A stretch of 64,000 bases of DNA from Candidatus Campbellbacteria bacterium GW2011_OD1_34_28 (lineage in GTDB: Bacteria; Patescibacteriota; Minisyncoccia; Phycocordibacterales; UBA12079): the NCBI GenBank assembly GCA_001029775.1, contig CP011215.1, positions 490,303 through 554,302 on the forward strand, read 5' to 3'. The notes beneath the pieces are model-generated. The model was not told the origin of the DNA. It did not search any database and saw only the letters and a list, made by a program, of their open reading frames with translations. The position numbers and the translations under genes are program-made. Numbering within the stretch: position 1 is the stretch's first letter; each line of letters opens with the position of its first letter. Positions 55,506 to 64,000 of this stretch are shown one piece after another.

Positions 55506-58178
55506 ATGATAAAAAAACAATTATGGCACCATCTTTCAATAAAAGAGATTGAAAAATATTTAAATACCGATTTAGATGTTGGTTTAAAATCTTCGGATAT
55601 TCAAAATATTCAAAAAAAGTTTGGAAGAAATTTGTTTGATAAGAAAAAAGATTTTGGATTGTTAGGAAAAATATTTTCTCAATTTAAAAGTCCTTTAATT
55701 TTTATTTTACTAGTTGCGGGAATTGCCACATTTTTTCTTAAAGAGTATTCCGACTCAATTGTTATTTTTTTGGCTTTACTTATAAATACAGCAATTGGGG
55801 CATTTCAAGAAAATAAAGCATCTAATGCCTTTGATAAACTAAGCGAGTTACAACAAAAACAAGCTACGGTTATTAGAGATGGAAAGAAAAGCGTGATTTT
55901 GGCAGAAGATTTGGTTCCTGGTGATTTGGTTGTGTTGAATTCTGGAATGTTTGTCCCTGCCGATTTAAGATTAATAGAAGAAAAAAATCTATTGATAAAT
56001 GAATCTGTTTTAACTGGAGAGTGGGCTGATGTTGTAAAAGAAACAAAGGTAACAACAAGTTCTTTGGCGGACAGGTCTTTGAACAAGCAAATTAACATGG
56101 TTTGGATGGGTACAACAGTTTCTTCTGGTAATGCATTAGGAGTTGTCGTAGAGATCGGAGATAAAACTGAAATTGGAAAAATTGCACAGAGTTTAAATTT
56201 GGTAAAGGAGGAAAAGACACCTATTAAAGAAAGTCTGGAAAAATTGGCAAGATTTTTATCAGTTTTGGTTTTGATTGTTTTAGTTGTTATTTTTTTCTTG
56301 GGACTCGCTCGCGGAGAATCTGTAACAGAAATGTTGATTGTTGCTATTGCAATGGCTGTTGCTGTAATGCCAGAGGGTTTGCCTATTGCTGTGACATCTG
56401 TCTTGGCGGTTGGAATGAGTAACATCTTAAAAAAAGGTGGTTTGGTTAGAAATTTGTTAGCAGCAGAAACTTTGGGTAGCACTACTTATATTCTGACAGA
56501 TAAAACAGGTACACTCACAGAAGCAAAAATGCATTTAGACAAAGTTTACACTTGGAATTTTATTAACGATGGAGGAGATCAAGACGATGAAGATTTGATA
56601 AAAATGGCAGTGTTGTCATCGGATGCTTTTATCGACGAAGGTAATCAAGCCCCAGATAATTTGATTGTGAGAGGTCGTCCTATCGAGAAAGCAATTATAT
56701 TGGCAGGAATAGAACACGGATTTACTCAAGATGATTTATTTAATGAGAGGGAAAGGTTGGATTTTCATTCTTTTGAATCCAAAAATGGTTTTAGTGCTTC
56801 ACTGAACAAAGATAAAAAAAGGAATAAATTGTATGTCAGCGGTATTCCAGAAATGATTTTGGAAAAATCAAAATTTATTTACCACAACGGTAAAGAGAAA
56901 AAAATGACAAAAAAAGCATTGGAACATTTTTTGAAAGTACAAAAACAAAAAAGTTTAGATGGCGTGCGTTTTATTGCTCTTTCTTATAAAAAAGTTGATT
57001 GGGAAAAAATTCCTAATTTAGAAAAGCAAGAAAACCAAGAAGATTTGAGCGATTTAGTTTTTGTCGGCCTTCTTGCTTTTTCTGATCCAATAAGAGCGGA
57101 TGTGAAAGAAGCAATAAAAAAAGCTCAAATGGCAGGAGCTCATGTTGTGATGGTAACAGGAGACAATCCCAATACTGCCTCAAAAATTGCAGAAGAGGTT
57201 GGTATTATAAAAAAGGGAGACAAAATTTTGACAGGCATAGAGATTGAGAAAATGAAAGACAACGAATTATTTGAAGAATTAAAAACCGTAAGAGTTTTTG
57301 CAAGGATGAATCCTTCTCAAAAATTAAGACTTTCAAAAATTTTACAAAAAAATGGAGAGGTGGTGGCAATGACAGGAGATGGTGTAAATGATGCCCCTGC
57401 TTTGCAAGGGGCGGATATTGGTATCGTAATGGAAAGTGGAACAGAAGTATCAAAAGAGGCATCGGATCTGATTTTGTTAGGTGGGGATTTTTCAACAATA
57501 ATTTTTGCGATAGAAGAAGGAAGAAGGTTGATCGATAATTTAAAAAAGATACTGGGATATTTATTATCTACAAGTTTTGCCGAATTTTTGATAATTGGCG
57601 GAGCTTTGCTGGTTGGGCTTCCTTTGCCCATTCTTCCGACTCAGATTCTTTGGTCAAATATAATTCAAGAAGGGTTAATGAATTTTGCTTTTGTTTTTGA
57701 ACCAGGTGAAAAAGATTTAATGAAAAGAAAACCTGGTTCAATGAAAAAAAATAATATCCTGACAAAAGAATTAAAGATGATGATTTTTACAGTTGGATTA
57801 TCTGCGGGAATATTTTTGCTTTTGGTTTATTTGTTTATTATGCAAACAAATATGACAATGGAAAAAATAAGAACAATAATGTTTGCTTCTGTTTCTTTGG
57901 GGACTGTCTTTTTCAGTATTTCTTTCAAATCTTTTCACTTAAGTTTTTGGAAAATAAATATCTTTTCCAATAAATATCTTATTTTTTCTTTGCTAATCAG
58001 CCTCTTATTCTTGGCTGTCGCTTTGTTTGTTCCTCCTGTGAGAGATATGCTTTCGTTAGTTAAATTGACGGGAGGAGAAATAATTTTGCTCGGAATTATA
58101 GGTATTTTCAATTTTGCCATAATTGAACTGTCTAAATATTTTGTGTTTAGAGGGGAGAGATTGTCTAATGCGGTATAG
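55506..58178 (+). CDS. cation-transporting P-type ATPase (type II, Ca2+-like)
   Basis: LTGE, PEGL, DKTGTLT, TGDN, GDGVNDAP. Confidence 0.95.
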   Translation: MIKKQLWHHLSIKEIEKYLNTDLDVGLKSSDIQNIQKKFGRNLFDKKKDFGLLGKIFSQFKSPLIFILLVAGIATFFLKEYSDSIVIFLALLINTAIGAFQENKASNAFDKLSELQQKQATVIRDGKKSVILAEDLVPGDLVVLNSGMFVPADLRLIEEKNLLINESVLTGEWADVVKETKVTTSSLADRSLNKQINMVWMGTTVSSGNALGVVVEIGDKTEIGKIAQSLNLVKEEKTPIKESLEKLARFLSVLVLIVLVVIFFLGLARGESVTEMLIVAIAMAVAVMPEGLPIAVTSVLAVGMSNILKKGGLVRNLLAAETLGSTTYILTDKTGTLTEAKMHLDKVYTWNFINDGGDQDDEDLIKMAVLSSDAFIDEGNQAPDNLIVRGRPIEKAIILAGIEHGFTQDDLFNERERLDFHSFESKNGFSASLNKDKKRNKLYVSGIPEMILEKSKFIYHNGKEKKMTKKALEHFLKVQKQKSLDGVRFIALSYKKVDWEKIPNLEKQENQEDLSDLVFVGLLAFSDPIRADVKEAIKKAQMAGAHVVMVTGDNPNTASKIAEEVGIIKKGDKILTGIEIEKMKDNELFEELKTVRVFARMNPSQKLRLSKILQKNGEVVAMTGDGVNDAPALQGADIGIVMESGTEVSKEASDLILLGGDFSTIIFAIEEGRRLIDNLKKILGYLLSTSFAEFLIIGGALLVGLPLPILPTQILWSNIIQEGLMNFAFVFEPGEKDLMKRKPGSMKKNNILTKELKMMIFTVGLSAGIFLLLVYLFIMQTNMTMEKIRTIMFASVSLGTVFFSISFKSFHLSFWKINIFSNKYLIFSLLISLLFLAVALFVPPVRDMLSLVKLTGGEIILLGIIGIFNFAIIELSKYFVFRGERLSNAV

Positions 58179-58262
58179 GGACCAGAGGTGTGTGAAAAAA
58201 CCATATCCTCTAATTCCTAACTCTAAATACACTTTTTAATTAAAAATGTTATCATTGAATCA

Positions 58263-59321
58263 ATGGAAATTATTCTTACAGCACTCATTATTTTGTTGGT
58301 TTTAGCCGTTGCGGTGATGGCATATTTTTTGTACAAACTTTCTCTCAAAGGCAACGAAAAAAAAGATGACAACAGTTTTTTGTTGATTCAAAACCAATTA
58401 AATGAATTGACCAGAACTTTGGATTCAAGGATAGGGGAGTCATCAAAAATGATGAATGATTCAGTTAAAACACAATTTAGTGAATCACAAAAATTGATTA
58501 AAGAGATTACCCAAGAATTGTCCAGTGTCAAAGAAACCAGTCGTCAGGTAGTTGGTTTTGCTGATCAACTTAAAAATTTGCAGGACATTTTAAAAAATCC
58601 AAAACAAAGAGGTGTGCTAGGAGAGTATTATTTGGAGACAGTTTTAAAAAATGTTTTACCACCGGAAAGATTTCAAATGCAATACAAATTTGAAAACGGA
58701 GAAATAGTAGACGCGGTTGTTTTTTTGGATAAAAACAAATTTCTTCCCGTTGATTCAAAATTTTCTTTGGAAAATTATAATAAAATAGTTAGCACTAACG
58801 ACCCTCAAGAGAAAGAAAGATTGGAAAAAGTATTTAAACAAGATTTGAAAAACAGGATTGATGAAACAGCAAAATATATTCGTCCAAAAGAGGGAACAAT
58901 GGATTTTGCCTTTATGTTTATTCCATCAGAAGGAATTTATTATGATTTGCTCATTAATCAGGTAGGTGCAGTAAAGACTTCTACAATTGACCTGATAGAG
59001 TATGCATTCCAGCAAAAAAAGGTAATTATCGTCTCTCCTACGTCATTTTTGGCTTATTTACAGACTGTTTTGCAAGGATTAAGGTCTCTTCAGATTGAAG
59101 AAAAAGCTCAGGATATCATCAAGAGGGTGGGTCAATTGGATAAACATATGAACAATTTTGGTCAGTTTATGGAAAAATTAGGAAGCTCTCTATCAACGAC
59201 CGTAAATCATTTCAATCGTTCACATAAAGAATTTCAGCAAATAGACAAAGATGTTTTAAGAATTACAGGTGAATCATCAGGAGTTGAGTCTATTATTATT
59301 GATAAACCAGCTATTGATTAA
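58263..59321 (+). CDS. rmuC: DNA recombination protein RmuC
   Basis: RGVLGE, VDSKF, DFAFMFIPSE, VSPT. Confidence 0.92.
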   Translation: MEIILTALIILLVLAVAVMAYFLYKLSLKGNEKKDDNSFLLIQNQLNELTRTLDSRIGESSKMMNDSVKTQFSESQKLIKEITQELSSVKETSRQVVGFADQLKNLQDILKNPKQRGVLGEYYLETVLKNVLPPERFQMQYKFENGEIVDAVVFLDKNKFLPVDSKFSLENYNKIVSTNDPQEKERLEKVFKQDLKNRIDETAKYIRPKEGTMDFAFMFIPSEGIYYDLLINQVGAVKTSTIDLIEYAFQQKKVIIVSPTSFLAYLQTVLQGLRSLQIEEKAQDIIKRVGQLDKHMNNFGQFMEKLGSSLSTTVNHFNRSHKEFQQIDKDVLRITGESSGVESIIIDKPAID

Positions 59322-59324
59322 TTT

Positions 59325-59573
59325 ATGTCTAATCATATAAGAGTATTTTTTTCAAAATTATTTTATTGTCCAGGATTTTTCTGGGGAATTTTTGTCGCAG
59401 GTAGTTATCTTATATTTACTCAATATGAATTCATCGGTTGGCAGTTGCTTTTGTTATGTGCGTTGATACTTTCTTGGATAAAAGAATTAGAAAGAAAAAA
59501 TATTTATGAAGAATGTTATGGAAGAAAGCTTTTCAAAAAATGTTTTAGAAAGAATGATAGACATGAAAAATAA
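59325..59573 (+). CDS. small membrane hypothetical protein
   Basis: two hydrophobic segments, directly after rmuC. Confidence 0.5.
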   Translation: MSNHIRVFFSKLFYCPGFFWGIFVAGSYLIFTQYEFIGWQLLLLCALILSWIKELERKNIYEECYGRKLFKKCFRKNDRHEK

Positions 59574-59633
59574 AAAACAGCCAGTCGGAGGGACTGGCTG
59601 TTTTGCTGTAATTATTCATCCGACTCAAATCTA

Positions 59634-60035
59634 CTAAAACATAAAACAAGAATCATCTTCAAAAATATTGAATGTTCTTTCATAGCCAGAAAGTCGTGCC
59701 GTTCGGCGTATGCAATACCCGTTGGCATTTTCTGAATCAATACAATAAGATATTTCAATATGAGGTTCTTCGTTGTCCTGGAGAGACCCTATGTAGTCAT
59801 ACGGGATCAAATCTCGCTCTATGAGTTTTTCAGCCAACCCCGGATGTCCATTTTTGGGCAAAAGATTACAATTCTCATCTATATAAATTTTTTCAACAAT
59901 GGTCTTTGCTCCAGTTTTTTTAATCTCGGCATATATTTTTTTGTCTATTCTTTTATTGAATAACCTCAAGATTAATATTAATACAAGTATAGCAAAAAAA
60001 ATTATAGCTATAGCCGTTATAATTTGTTGTGGCAT
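59634..60035 (-). CDS. orphan membrane-anchored protein
   Basis: AAGGAGG SD, N-terminal TM. Confidence 0.7.
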   Translation of the reverse strand: MPQQIITAIAIIFFAILVLILILRLFNKRIDKKIYAEIKKTGAKTIVEKIYIDENCNLLPKNGHPGLAEKLIERDLIPYDYIGSLQDNEEPHIEISYCIDSENANGYCIRRTARLSGYERTFNIFEDDSCFMF

Positions 60036-60190
60036 AAGACTTTTCCTCCTTTCAAAAAATTGATGTTTAACCCCATGTTTTTTCTGTTGATAAATATACT
60101 TAAAATTTAAAATAAAGTCTAGTTTTTAAAATCTTAGAGTTTTGATGGTCGTCAGAATTTTAAGATTTTGTTTCATTAAAAAATCGTAGC

Positions 60191-60814
60191 TTAGCTACGA
60201 TTTTTTAATGCGTTTTTAAGAGTGTCGTCGTCTGAATATTCCAACTCGCTTCCTGTAGACAATCCTTTGCCCAGTGTAGACATTTTGAAGGAGTATTTTT
60301 CTTGCAGAGGTTTCAATATCTGTTGAATATGATATATGGTATTTTCTCCTTCTGGGTTGAGACTTAACGCCAAGATAATTTCTTTCAATGTTCCTTTTTC
60401 CAACTCTCTCTCAATCAGTTTAAAAAGTTCTTTTGATCGTACCCAACTGGCACTGTTTTTTAAAATAGGCAAGTATCCTCCAAGAATAAAATATCTACCA
60501 TTATAAATATTATTTTTTTCTATATTTTCCATATCAGCGTCTTTTCCGACAATCATAAAGACAGAGTCGTCTCTGGTGGTGTCTCTGCAAATATCACATT
60601 GAGTTTTTGCCGTAGGATTTTTTGATTGAAAGTAACAAAAACAGATTTGACAGATATTTACTGATTTTTTTAGACTTAAAATATTTTCTGATAATTCTTT
60701 TAGGTATTGATCGTCTCGGGTAAGCAAAAAATACACAAATCTTTTTGATTGCCTTGGCCCTATTCCGGGGAATTTTGAAAAATATTCAGCTAATTTGTCT
60801 ATATTATTCGACAT
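60191..60814 (-). CDS. recR: recombination mediator RecR
   Basis: FPGIGPR, C4 zinc finger, toprim EGENT, LEYSD..TL. Confidence 0.95.
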   Translation of the reverse strand: MSNNIDKLAEYFSKFPGIGPRQSKRFVYFLLTRDDQYLKELSENILSLKKSVNICQICFCYFQSKNPTAKTQCDICRDTTRDDSVFMIVGKDADMENIEKNNIYNGRYFILGGYLPILKNSASWVRSKELFKLIERELEKGTLKEIILALSLNPEGENTIYHIQQILKPLQEKYSFKMSTLGKGLSTGSELEYSDDDTLKNALKNRS

Positions 60815-60866
60815 AATAAAATTTTATTTTTTAAAATTTATATTTTGGAAATTGTTTAGAATTTTA

Positions 60867-62255
60867 TCAGAAGGCGTCATCGTCACCTACTTCTGTGAGA
60901 GCAAAATCGTCAAAGGCGTTGGTGTCAATTTCTTGGAAGGTTGCCTTCTTGTCATCAAAATTAAGAGTTATCCTGCCTGTTGGACCATTTCTGTGCTTTT
61001 CAATAAGTATTTCTGTAACATTAGATTTTTCACCGTCGTCATTTTTGTCTCTGTGAATAAACATAACCACATCGGCGTCTTGTTCAATAGATCCAGAGTC
61101 TCGGAGGTCTGAAAGTTTTGGTCTACCTCCGCGTGACTCAATAGCACGGCTTAGCTGTGAAAGAGCAATAACGGGTACATCTAACTCTCTCGCCAAATGT
61201 TTTAGTGATCTAGATATTTCTGTCACTTGTTGAACAACATTGTCGGATGATTTTGTCTGTGTCGGAGCCATCAACTGGAGATAGTCCACAATAATCAATT
61301 CCAAACCGTGTTGTCTTTTTAATTTTCTCGCCATAGAACGCATTTTAAGGATATTGTTTGCAGGCTGGTCATCTATAAAAATAGGGGCCTTTGAAAGATT
61401 GTTCAAAGATTCTCTAATCAAATCAAACTCCTCTTCTTTGTTCAATTTTCCTGTGCGAAGTTTCCACGCATCTACTTTTGAATCGGCGGCGAGCATTCTA
61501 TCAACTAATTGCTGAGAACTCATTTCCAAAGAAAAAATAGCCACAGGTTTTTTGTGTTCTATTGCTACTCTTCTTGCAATGTCCAAGGCAAAAGCGGTTT
61601 TACCCATAGAAGGACGAGCTGCCAAAATAATAAGATCTGATTTTTGAAAACCAGAAAGTTTGTTATCCAAACTTTTAAATCCAGAAGGAACACCTCTCAT
61701 CTTGTCTGTAGATTCGTGAAGACGACTAAGCCTCTCAAAGGCTTCGCCCAATGCATCCTTTATCTCAATAAATTTATTTGAAAGTAGTGATGTTGTTACT
61801 TCATAAATACTTTTTTCTGCTTTATCTAGTGATTCATCCAAATCGTCTACTTCGTTGTATCCCAATTCTGAGATTCTTTCAGAAGATTCAATTAATCTCC
61901 TTAACATATATTTTTTATGAACGATTTTGGCATAGTATTCAATGTTTGCAGAAGAAGGAACTGTGTTGACTAGCTCTGTCAGGTAATCACTCCCACCAAT
62001 CTGATCAAAGACTTGTTTGTTTTTTAATTTGTTTGAAAGAGTAAGGACATCAATCGGCTCTTTTTTTGAAAACAATTCAAGCATTGCTTTGAAAACAAGT
62101 CTATGCTTTTCGGCATAAAAACATTCAACTGAAATGAAATCCATAATTTCAAAAAGTGCGTCTGCTTTTAACATAACAGAACCTAAAAGAGCTTTTTCTG
62201 CATCAATATCTTGAGGAGGAATTCTTAATTTATGAGGATTATTTTTTTCTGCCAT
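60867..62255 (-). CDS. dnaB: replicative DNA helicase
   Basis: AARPSMGKT, VDYLQL, LSQLSR, LRDSGSIEQDAD. Confidence 0.97.
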   Translation of the reverse strand: MAEKNNPHKLRIPPQDIDAEKALLGSVMLKADALFEIMDFISVECFYAEKHRLVFKAMLELFSKKEPIDVLTLSNKLKNKQVFDQIGGSDYLTELVNTVPSSANIEYYAKIVHKKYMLRRLIESSERISELGYNEVDDLDESLDKAEKSIYEVTTSLLSNKFIEIKDALGEAFERLSRLHESTDKMRGVPSGFKSLDNKLSGFQKSDLIILAARPSMGKTAFALDIARRVAIEHKKPVAIFSLEMSSQQLVDRMLAADSKVDAWKLRTGKLNKEEEFDLIRESLNNLSKAPIFIDDQPANNILKMRSMARKLKRQHGLELIIVDYLQLMAPTQTKSSDNVVQQVTEISRSLKHLARELDVPVIALSQLSRAIESRGGRPKLSDLRDSGSIEQDADVVMFIHRDKNDDGEKSNVTEILIEKHRNGPTGRITLNFDDKKATFQEIDTNAFDDFALTEVGDDDAF

Positions 62256-62460
62256 AGGGGAATTTTAACACGAGAGTTACTTTCAAAGAAAACCTCGTTT
62301 GGTTGAGAAGGTGGGGAAGTGTTGGGGATAAAGATACAGCATTCTGCTTCGCAGAATACTCAAAAAGAGTTAATTTAAGTAAAGTGATTTACAGGTCAAT
62401 ACTCATGTGTTATTTTAAAAAGAGATAAGTTGATTTCAACATTGTGATAAAGGAGGAACT

Positions 62461-62571
62461 ATGAAAAAGGAATGTTCTTTCAGGGATATTTTAAACCGAT
62501 TTTTTATTTTTATAACAGCAACGGCCATATCTCTTTTTATTTTTGAGTTTTTTCTTCCTTTTCCCAAGTAA
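62461..62571 (+). CDS. 36-aa hydrophobic orphan peptide (not in ORF track)
   Basis: AAGGAGGA SD; MKKECSFRDILNRFFIFITATAISLFIFEFFLPFPK*; terminator follows. Confidence 0.55.
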   Translation: MKKECSFRDILNRFFIFITATAISLFIFEFFLPFPK

Positions 62572-62605
62572 AAAAGTTGGCGGTCTGACCGCCAACTTTT
62601 TATTT

Positions 62606-64000
62606 TTAAATTTTGTGGATTTTTTGTCCGTCAGGAGTGTCTTTTATTTCAAACCCAAGTTTTTCTATTTCATTTCTCAAATGATCGGCTTCTGCGTAGT
62701 TTTTATTATCTCTTGCCTCTTTTCTTTTTTCCATCAGCATGACAATGTTGTGAGGAATTATTTCTTCAGAGAATATTTTTGGTGCCATAGATTTTGAATT
62801 TTTTAAATCTAATCCTAATACTCTATCAAAATCTAAAATCGTTGCTAATTTGTCTTTATTATTTAGATCAGATTTCAACAAATCAGACACGACAGCTAGA
62901 GCTTGTGCCGTATTAAAATCATCTTCCAATTTTTCTGTAAATTTTTTCTTGTAATCAATATTTATTTTCCCTTTGGGAGAAAAGATCTTTTTAAAGAGAG
63001 ATGTATTGTTATCAAGTTTTGCTACTTGCCCATATAAATTAATCAGACCTGTTTGAGAAGCTCTCAGCGCATCCCAAGTAAAATTTTGTTGGGAACGATA
63101 GTGTGCTTGCAAGAAAAAATATCGCAATGACAGTGGTCTATACCCTTTACTCTTTATATCAGAAACGCTAAAAGAAGTTCCTTGTGATTTTGACATTTTT
63201 CCACCATCAACCAAAAGATGTTCGTTGTGTATCCAATAATTTACAAATTTTGTATCGTTTGCTGATTCACTTTGTGCAATTTCGTTGGTATGGTGAACAG
63301 GAATATGTTCTACTCCTCCCATATGAATATCTACAGTATCTCCAATAAATTTTTTACTCATTGCAGAACATTCTATATGCCAACCAGGGAAACCTTGGCC
63401 CCAAGGAGATTTCCATGTTTGGATAGCATTTTCGTGAACTCCTTTTTTGAAAAACCAAAGAGCAAAATCGGAATTATTTTTCTTTTGTGCGTCAGTCACA
63501 TTTCCAGAACCTGCTCCTTGAATATTTTTTTCAAGAGACTGCCCTGAAAGTTGCGTGTAATTTTTTGCTTTTGATATATCAAAATAAATTGCCAAATCTG
63601 TTTGATAGGCGAAACCTTTATCAATCAATGTCTGTATCATACTTACAATTTCTGGAACTGTTTCTGTCGCTTTTGGACGATGGGTGGGGGAAAGGGTGTT
63701 TAGTTTTTTTACATCCTCTTCAAATATTTTTATGTATTTTTCAGAAATTTGTTGGGGGGTTAGGTTTTCTCTTTTTGCGCCTTTTTCCAGCTTGTCTTCG
63801 CCCTCATCCTCATCGCTTGTAAGATGTCCGACATCGGTATAATTGCGAACAAAGTTTACTTCGTAACCTAAATATCCAAATGTCCTAACAATGACATCAG
63901 ACATTACCATAGCGCGAATATTACCCAAGTGTTGTGTCCAATAAACAGTTGGTCCGCATTGATAAAAACCGACCCTTTTTTCTTCCAAAGGTTTAAATTC
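62606..64000 (-). CDS. cysS: cysteine--tRNA ligase (5' end beyond window)
   Basis: CGPTVY, HLGN, PGWHIECS, KMSKS. Confidence 0.96.
   Translation of the reverse strand, partial: EFKPLEEKRVGFYQCGPTVYWTQHLGNIRAMVMSDVIVRTFGYLGYEVNFVRNYTDVGHLTSDEDEGEDKLEKGAKRENLTPQQISEKYIKIFEEDVKKLNTLSPTHRPKATETVPEIVSMIQTLIDKGFAYQTDLAIYFDISKAKNYTQLSGQSLEKNIQGAGSGNVTDAQKKNNSDFALWFFKKGVHENAIQTWKSPWGQGFPGWHIECSAMSKKFIGDTVDIHMGGVEHIPVHHTNEIAQSESANDTKFVNYWIHNEHLLVDGGKMSKSQGTSFSVSDIKSKGYRPLSLRYFFLQAHYRSQQNFTWDALRASQTGLINLYGQVAKLDNNTSLFKKIFSPKGKINIDYKKKFTEKLEDDFNTAQALAVVSDLLKSDLNNKDKLATILDFDRVLGLDLKNSKSMAPKIFSEEIIPHNIVMLMEKRKEARDNKNYAEADHLRNEIEKLGFEIKDTPDGQKIHKI

Noticed and set aside
259-63822. Numerous antisense ORFs nested in long genes
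   Set aside because: They lie opposite well-supported genes and have the Phe/Ser/Ile-rich composition typical of reverse-frame artefacts.

Overview
AT-rich 64 kb chromosomal segment of a Patescibacteria/CPR (Parcubacteria-like) bacterium using the standard code (TGA = stop). Core genes: murF, dnaE, rnhB, rpmF, nusB-NUDIX fusion, rnc, dprA, serS, ftsQ-like, dus, three VirB2/TrbC-like pilins, lemA/DUF2207/htpX, class II RNR, rplU, rpmG, rbfA, infB, MYG1, murL-murD fusion, iscS, tsaD, trxB, ftsZ, ftsA, ybeY, rpsU, a degenerate hisS paralog, lepB, a P-type ATPase, rmuC, recR, dnaB and partial cysS. There are 11 tRNA genes, none encoding CCA. The most striking signal is non-coding: a family of ~170-270 bp structured elements attached to tRNA genes. 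The 3'-type copies (Leu, Ser, Trp, Arg) read tRNA - hairpin - antisense copy of that same tRNA's 3' end - conserved covarying two-hairpin core - direct copy of the tRNA 3' end restarting in the T-loop. Two Glu copies and one orphan copy share the core. The 5'-type copies (Leu, Lys) are duplicated tRNA 5' halves interrupted at D-loop G18G19. Both junction types fall at the tRNA elbow, and no mobilising enzyme is encoded in the window. A second pattern is ~17 small orphan genes built as promoter - Shine-Dalgarno - ORF - terminator cassettes, inserted among core genes that appear leaderless or SD-less. Also present: four sRNA candidates, a MITE at a start codon, loopless 40-58 bp palindromes, and short repeats inserted in frame in proteins. 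All calls were made by eye; no database searches were run.
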